Shown: positions 58,648 to 64,000 of the stretch, piece after piece | How positions within the stretch are numbered: position 1 is the stretch's first letter | Layout: the number at the start of each line of letters is the position of its first letter | Origin: an uncultured Chryseobacterium sp. | GTDB lineage: Bacteria; Bacteroidota; Bacteroidia; UBA10329 | Reading direction: 5' to 3' | DNA length: 64,000 nucleotides | NCBI GenBank assembly: GCA_964457245.1 | Contig: CAYWET010000014.1 | Span: 14,917 to 78,916, forward strand | Program-made: the position numbers and the translations under genes | The notes under the pieces: model-generated | Told to the model about the DNA's origin: nothing | Seen by the model: the letters and a program-made list of their open reading frames with translations, nothing else | Database searches by the model: none

Positions 58648-60063
58648 TTACTGTCCACGGCCAAGCACAACGGTCTGCACCGTGTAGATCAGAATCTTGA
58701 TATCTACCAAAAGCCCCATGTTCTCAATATAGAGCAGGTCGTACTTCATTCTACGTATCATCTGCTCCACGTTTTCGGCATAGCCGTACTTCACCATTCC
58801 CCAAGAGGTAATGCCCGGCTTTACCTTAAGCAGATGGGTGTAATGCGGAGCCTGCTTTACAATTTGGTCAATGAAAAACTGGCGTTCCGGTCTTGGGCCA
58901 ACCAAGCTCATATCTCCAATAAGTACATTATAGAATTGCGGGGTTTCATCCAATCGCACTTTGCGCATAAACCGCCCAAAAGGCGTAATGCGTGGGTCGT
59001 TATCTTGAGATAGGGCAGGGCCGGCCTGTTCGGCATCTACCACCATAGAACGGAACTTGAAAATAAAGAATGGTTTACCGCCTTTGCCTATGCGTTCCTG
59101 TTTATAGAAAATAGGTCCGGGGCTACTCATTTTTACCCCGAGAGCAGTTATCAGATAAACGGGAGAAAGCACAATCATGGCCAGCACGGAAATCACTACA
59201 TCTCCAAGACGTTTGGTTACCAATTGCCACGGTTCCAGTATGTCTTGGCGCACTTGAATGAGTGGCGTGCCGTAAATGGAATCCATTCTTACAGAACCCG
59301 AAAGAATGTCGTACATATCTGGTATTACCTTAACCACAACCTTGTGGCCATTCAGCTCGTGCAGAATTTCCTGTAGGCTTTTATGCTCACTCGATTCCAG
59401 TGCAATGATCACTTCCTCAATGCCGTGTTCTTCTATTACCGGAATCAGGTCTTTCAGCGTTCCTAGAAATGGAAGGCGCTCTTCCATCTGGTAGGTTTCC
59501 CGCTCTTTGATTCGGATAAAACCTTTGAACAGGTTTCCAGATGCGCGTTGCTGACTTTCCAGTTCTTCGTACAGCTCAACGGCATTGGCATCGCTACCGA
59601 TCATCAACGTAGGGAAACCGATTTTTCTTCTGTGGATCTTGCTGGCCGTAATGCTAGAAAGAATGAAACGGAACAAGAATGTCAACCCGAACTGCAATCC
59701 GAACAGTACCGCGTAAGATTGATAGTAAGTGGTATAATTGATGACGTCATCATCAAGCACAAGCGCAAAGAAAATGGCGGTTACACCAACCAGCGTTACC
59801 ACAAAGGTTTGGAATAATTCGCGCAGTCTCGACTTCCGGTATACGTTACGGTAAGAACCTAAAAGGGCGTACAGCAGCAGCCAGAACAACGGAATAAGAA
59901 TAAGACCTTGAACAAAGGTCTCGTCAAGAATGACCATTACCTTACCGTATAACCGACTTTCAATAAACGTTTTTCGGTAATAGAAGAATAATGCCCACGT
60001 GCCAACAGCGGCAAGCCAGTCGAACAATACGTATTTGATGGTCTGCAGACGTTTGTCCATCAA
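58648..60063 (-). CDS. polyprenyl-phosphate glycosyl-1-phosphate transferase (WbaP-type initiating sugar transferase)
   Basis: Five N-terminal TM helices, a central domain, and a C-terminal bacterial sugar transferase domain (MSLVGPRPE). Confidence 0.85.
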   Translation of the reverse strand: MMDKRLQTIKYVLFDWLAAVGTWALFFYYRKTFIESRLYGKVMVILDETFVQGLILIPLFWLLLYALLGSYRNVYRKSRLRELFQTFVVTLVGVTAIFFALVLDDDVINYTTYYQSYAVLFGLQFGLTFLFRFILSSITASKIHRRKIGFPTLMIGSDANAVELYEELESQQRASGNLFKGFIRIKERETYQMEERLPFLGTLKDLIPVIEEHGIEEVIIALESSEHKSLQEILHELNGHKVVVKVIPDMYDILSGSVRMDSIYGTPLIQVRQDILEPWQLVTKRLGDVVISVLAMIVLSPVYLITALGVKMSSPGPIFYKQERIGKGGKPFFIFKFRSMVVDAEQAGPALSQDNDPRITPFGRFMRKVRLDETPQFYNVLIGDMSLVGPRPERQFFIDQIVKQAPHYTHLLKVKPGITSWGMVKYGYAENVEQMIRRMKYDLLYIENMGLLVDIKILIYTVQTVVLGRGQ

Positions 60064-60932
60064 TACATTACTCTAATGTTATCGAGATATATCTCGATGT
60101 CGGCATCAAAACCATCGGCACGCACAAATCCGAAAAATGGAATATGGGCGGTTGCCGTAAAATTGGCACTGGCAACCTCTGTAAGATTCACATAAACATG
60201 ATTCCAATCTTCTGTGGGGGTAAGGGCTAAAATACCGGTCTGGTTGGTTTGTGATGAGGTCTCGCTAATTAACCCGACCAGAAATGTGTGGTTGCATTTG
60301 TACGAGAATTCGAGAATGGCAGGTACGCCACCAGATGGTAACGGGAAGCCTTCTGTGTGCTGGCATTCGTAAATGAGACTACCTGCCGGAAGTTTTAATA
60401 CTGCGCTGCTACCTTTGAACGCTTCTGCTCCAGAAGTAGTGGTAAGTTCCCCTTCGCTGAAGCTGGATGAAGTAAGTGACATGCCATTAGAATCATCAAA
60501 ATCTTCTAGCCATGGAAAGGTAACCCATTCCTTAAAACCCAACGTAGGATTAATGCAGACAGCGCTATCTGCAAACAACTCGACATTGGCCTCATAACTT
60601 TCGATAAAATTTGTTCGGTAGCGTGATGCCGCCTGCCCATCCAGTTTTACCCCTGGCTGAATACGAATATCCACAGGCCCGTTTTTGAGAATTGGAACCA
60701 CGGCAGGCATTTCGTAAACGCCCACAAGCTGTTCGTTTTCATAGACCCACGCATCGACAATTTCGTGGTAATTTGTGCCATTGCCACCAGCATCGAACAT
60801 AATTGAGTCAATACAGATGAATGATGGAATCTGTTCTTCAGGGTTGATGAGGTCGCAAGACGTAGAAAAGGCTAACCACGCAAACAAGAGCAATATGGAG
60901 AATATGGTTGACCGACTTCTCATTCCGAGCAT
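60060..60932 (-). CDS. lipoprotein of unknown function, translationally coupled to the sugar transferase
   Basis: Lipobox AFSTSC; 290 aa; ATGA overlap. Confidence 0.45.
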   Translation of the reverse strand: MLGMRSRSTIFSILLLFAWLAFSTSCDLINPEEQIPSFICIDSIMFDAGGNGTNYHEIVDAWVYENEQLVGVYEMPAVVPILKNGPVDIRIQPGVKLDGQAASRYRTNFIESYEANVELFADSAVCINPTLGFKEWVTFPWLEDFDDSNGMSLTSSSFSEGELTTTSGAEAFKGSSAVLKLPAGSLIYECQHTEGFPLPSGGVPAILEFSYKCNHTFLVGLISETSSQTNQTGILALTPTEDWNHVYVNLTEVASANFTATAHIPFFGFVRADGFDADIEIYLDNIRVMY

Positions 60933-60961
60933 CCTACTGCAACGATCGCGAATTTAACTTA

Positions 60962-61960
60962 TTATATGCTGGAGGCCATTAGGTCGGAACTCAGGTGCAG
61001 CTTGGTGACTATTTCGTGCGCAACCTGAAGGGCGTTGTAGCCATCCTGTATGGTAACCGTTGGTGTAGTGTTCTCCTCAATACATTTTCTGAATGCGCGC
61101 AACTCTTCTTGGATAGCATTGGTGCCTTCAATTTGAGGAAACTCAAAATTGATTCTGCGCTTGCGATTGTTTCCCAATTCAATGAACATGTCGTTAGGGT
61201 TCGACTCTGAAGTTTCATCATCTAATCTGACAATCTCAGTCTTCTTTTTCAAGAAATCGATTGCCACATAAGCATCAGGTTGAAAAAACCGCGATTTACG
61301 CATGTTCTTCAATGATATTCTGCTGGCGGTGAGATTGGCAACACAACCGTTGGCAAATTCAATCCGAGCGTTGGCAATATCTGGGGTATCGCTTACCACG
61401 GCAACACCACTTGCACTGATTTTTTTAACGCTTGAGTCAACCACGCTGAGAATCACATCAAGGTCATGGATCATCAGATCCATGATAACAGGTACATCCG
61501 TTCCACGTGGATTGAACTGCGCCAGCCGATGGCATTCAATGAACATTGGTTTGGTCAAATAAGATCTTCCGGCCACAAAGGCTGGATTGAACCGTTCGAC
61601 ATGGCCAACCTGCACCTTAACGCTGGCTTCTTCTGCCAATTTCATCAGGTTCTCGGCTTCCTCCAGTGTGTTGGTAACTGGCTTTTCAATGAAGACATGC
61701 TTTGATGCTCTCAAAGCTTTGGAAGCACAATCGAAGTGAGAAAGAGTAGGGGTTACCACATCCACCATGTCTACCGCATCAATCAGTGCATCCACACTAT
61801 CAAACGCCTGAACCCCAAACGTTTCCTTTGCGTATTCAACCTGCTTAGCATCGGGGTCGTAAAACCCAATAAGGTCATAGCCTTCGGTTTCGGATAGTAA
61901 TTTCAAATGAATTTTACCGAGATGGCCTGCGCCAAGCACCCCGATTTTCAGGTCATTCAT
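60962..61960 (-). CDS. Gfo/Idh/MocA-family NAD(P)-dependent oxidoreductase (sugar-nucleotide dehydrogenase-like)
   Basis: GxGxxG Rossmann (IGVLGAGHLG) and an EKP motif. Confidence 0.85.
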   Translation of the reverse strand: MNDLKIGVLGAGHLGKIHLKLLSETEGYDLIGFYDPDAKQVEYAKETFGVQAFDSVDALIDAVDMVDVVTPTLSHFDCASKALRASKHVFIEKPVTNTLEEAENLMKLAEEASVKVQVGHVERFNPAFVAGRSYLTKPMFIECHRLAQFNPRGTDVPVIMDLMIHDLDVILSVVDSSVKKISASGVAVVSDTPDIANARIEFANGCVANLTASRISLKNMRKSRFFQPDAYVAIDFLKKKTEIVRLDDETSESNPNDMFIELGNNRKRRINFEFPQIEGTNAIQEELRAFRKCIEENTTPTVTIQDGYNALQVAHEIVTKLHLSSDLMASSI

Positions 61961-62061
61961 GGTCTCTTATTGAATTCTGGACACGCGCAAATTATTACAT
62001 TTAGCCGCCTCGTAAAGAGTAAGGAAATACGGTTTTCAACATTTAGAACTTAACATCTCCA

Positions 62062-62709
62062 TTGGTCAGAGACACACACAAGCAGCAGGGCAACAGACGC
62101 AAATTGGTCAAGTTGCTAGAGGAGAAAGGAATTGAGAATAAACACGTGCTAGAGGCAGTAGGAAAAGTTCCACGTCATTTGTTTCTTAATAGTGCGTTTG
62201 AAGACTACGCTTACGAAGATCGTCCCTTCAGCATCGGTGCTGGACAAACAATTTCTCAACCTTTCACAGTTGCGTTTCAATCTCAGTTATTGCAGGTTAA
62301 GAAGGGAATGAAAGTGTTGGAGATAGGTACAGGTTCTGGTTACCAAGCTGCTGTTTTGCACGCCATGGGAATTAAGGTGTTTAGCATAGAACGCATTAAA
62401 GAGCTTTATGATAAAACCTCGAAATTGTTACCCAAGCTTGGTTATCGAGTAAAGTGTTTTTATGGTGATGGAAATCTTGGTGTTCCTACTTGGGCTCCTT
62501 ATGACCGCATTATCATTACAGCTGGCGCTCCGATCATTCCAGAAAACCTGATAGATCAGTTGAAGCCAGGTGGGATTATGGTTATTCCGGTAACAGAAGG
62601 CGATTCTGAAACCATGAAAACAATCACAAAGAAACAAGACGGTTCTGTGGTAACTGAAGACCACGGAACATTCAGGTTTGTGCCTTTATTGGACGATAAA
62701 CACGACTGA
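62062..62709 (+). CDS. pcm: protein-L-isoaspartate O-methyltransferase
   Basis: VLEIGTGSGYQAAVL SAM motif; 215 aa. Confidence 0.85.
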   Translation: MVRDTHKQQGNRRKLVKLLEEKGIENKHVLEAVGKVPRHLFLNSAFEDYAYEDRPFSIGAGQTISQPFTVAFQSQLLQVKKGMKVLEIGTGSGYQAAVLHAMGIKVFSIERIKELYDKTSKLLPKLGYRVKCFYGDGNLGVPTWAPYDRIIITAGAPIIPENLIDQLKPGGIMVIPVTEGDSETMKTITKKQDGSVVTEDHGTFRFVPLLDDKHD

Positions 62710-62722
62710 TCGGATCAGCTGG

Positions 62723-63994
62723 TTAGCTGACTTTCTGATTATTCTTGAAAGTAGCTGTTTCCTTTAGCTTTCCTTCTGGCGTAAACAACTTTACTTTTCC
62801 GTTCAGAACGTCATTGGTCCAAGTGCCTTCCATCCAAGAGCCATCAGGCATTTGCAATTTTCCAGCACCATTTCTTCGGTCATCGCTCCATTGGCCTTCG
62901 AACATCTGCTTATTGGGCCAGGTGAATTTGCCATGACCGTTCCGTTTGTCGTTCTGCCATTCACCTTCGTAGCTCATCCCATTTTCCCAACGGAAAGTGC
63001 CTTGACCATGCTTTTTATCATCTTTCCACTCACCAGTATAATCAAGGTCGTAGTTGAACTTCATGATGTAGGTGTCTGGGTTTTTCAATTGGTGAATCAC
63101 CTTGAATTTGCCAGGATACTTCTTAATCGCAGGGTATAAGTACCGTGATGTAGATGAATACCCCAATTGATCGAGTACTACGTGAGTCACTCCATTCTCT
63201 TGGAGTTTATCGATAAGTTCTTCCTTGTCGAGCGTATTCTTAAACCCGGCTACCCATCGATTACCATAGAGATAGAAAAGCTGAGCCTTTCTACAGGAAA
63301 CCACGGCATCGCGCGGTAAGTTCTTGTTGGACCAACTAGCAATATCAAAGTAATTCTTGAACTTGCTGATATAGACTCCCGCTGCTCTTTTTTCCAGTTC
63401 CTCAACTCGTTTATCAAATTTTCCTTGCAATGAGAAGAATACGATAAACGGCAATACCAAAACAACTAACCAAGGTTCATTTTTCTTAAGCCTTTCTGCA
63501 ACGATTACCGGAATTTGAACTAAACCGAACAGCGCTAAGCAAGTCAAAATTGGCACCACCGGCAACATAAATCGGATACCGAACCATGCCTCCGGCCAAA
63601 GGAAAACAATGCCGAATGTTCCTGCCAGATAAAGGCCAATGAGAATCCAGTGGTCTCGCATACGTGCCAGGCCGATAGCCATAAGAATCAATAGGATAAT
63701 GGTAATGATGTAATCATTGGTTGTGATTTCAACCTTTGAACCAGCCATTCCACGTTTAGCCGCATTCTGCTTCTTTTCCTCAAGAGTCAGTGGTTTGGCC
63801 TCTTGTGCTTTCTTCACCGCAGCAGAATCAGCTGCAGTTACTGGTATTACTTCAACTCCTGCTTCTTTCTTCAGTTGTTTGACGCATTGCTTGTAATCAA
63901 TGGTTTCGAATGGAAGAACCCCGTTCTGTATTTCCAGAGCGAAATAGCGTTTCGCATTCATTCCGAACCGTTGTGGCCAGTCTTTGAGCTCCAT
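62723..63994 (-). CDS. membrane protein with C-terminal MORN repeats. The N-terminus is at the window edge and the start is uncertain
   Basis: Three TM helices, then reiterated YxGEWxxDxxHGxG MORN units. Confidence 0.6.
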   Translation of the reverse strand: MELKDWPQRFGMNAKRYFALEIQNGVLPFETIDYKQCVKQLKKEAGVEVIPVTAADSAAVKKAQEAKPLTLEEKKQNAAKRGMAGSKVEITTNDYIITIILLILMAIGLARMRDHWILIGLYLAGTFGIVFLWPEAWFGIRFMLPVVPILTCLALFGLVQIPVIVAERLKKNEPWLVVLVLPFIVFFSLQGKFDKRVEELEKRAAGVYISKFKNYFDIASWSNKNLPRDAVVSCRKAQLFYLYGNRWVAGFKNTLDKEELIDKLQENGVTHVVLDQLGYSSTSRYLYPAIKKYPGKFKVIHQLKNPDTYIMKFNYDLDYTGEWKDDKKHGQGTFRWENGMSYEGEWQNDKRNGHGKFTWPNKQMFEGQWSDDRRNGAGKLQMPDGSWMEGTWTNDVLNGKVKLFTPEGKLKETATFKNNQKVS

Positions 63995-64000
63995 TGGCCC

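Noticed and set aside
1-64000. Search for CRISPR arrays, tRNA or rRNA genes, and IS or transposase genes
   Set aside because: No regular repeat-spacer structure, no cloverleaf-sized conserved intergenic block, and no transposase or integrase-like ORF were found. The largest intergenic gaps (7544-7821, 26420-26638) contain only terminators, promoters and the palindrome.

Overview
This 64 kb window reads as a chromosomal segment from a Bacteroidota (Flavobacteriia-like) genome. Three proteins end in type-A T9SS C-terminal sorting domains. Many genes overlap by ATGA or TGATG at their junctions, there are no Shine-Dalgarno sequences, and several upstream regions carry TAnnTTTG-type -7 boxes. I support about 60 protein-coding genes. 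I found no rRNA, tRNA, CRISPR array, transposase or integrase.

The core content is housekeeping:
- Nucleotide, cofactor and isoprenoid genes: cmk (5' truncated by the window edge), ispH, pyrR-pyrB, ribH, panB, IMPase.
- Translation, chaperone and envelope genes: rpsA, dnaK, hemW, lgt, pcm.
- A DNA-repair neighbourhood: recF, an XRE-type HTH, nth, bcp, recA.

Interleaved with these is an accessory and regulatory layer:
- Three periplasmic-TPR membrane sensors within 6.6 kb: a PP2C phosphatase, then two tandem paralogous LytS-type kinases flanking a single LytTR regulator. A T9SS LamG cargo gene lies just downstream.
- A TerB-like/FHA-like/ABCG-type fused half-transporter (1031 aa). It is preceded by a lipoprotein and a Cys-rich secreted protein, and followed by a secreted Ntn-hydrolase (penicillin/AHL acylase family).
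- A compact divergent cluster. One side is an FkbM methyltransferase. The other is an operon of a C45 Ntn acyltransferase-like protein, a PaaK/F390-synthetase-like adenylating enzyme and a 197-aa unknown protein. It converges on an amidase / fatty-acid-hydroxylase-family operon. I consider this the best candidate in the window for an undescribed acyl-amide (lipid or small-molecule) modification system.
- An orphan sensor kinase translationally coupled to hemW.
- A standalone SF2 helicase coupled to phhA.
- rpsA carries a roughly 120-aa histone-H1-like Lys/Ala/Glu-rich N-terminal extension.
- A perfect 12-bp inverted repeat sits immediately upstream of the XRE HTH gene.

All calls rest on reading the supplied translations and the DNA by eye. 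No searches were run.
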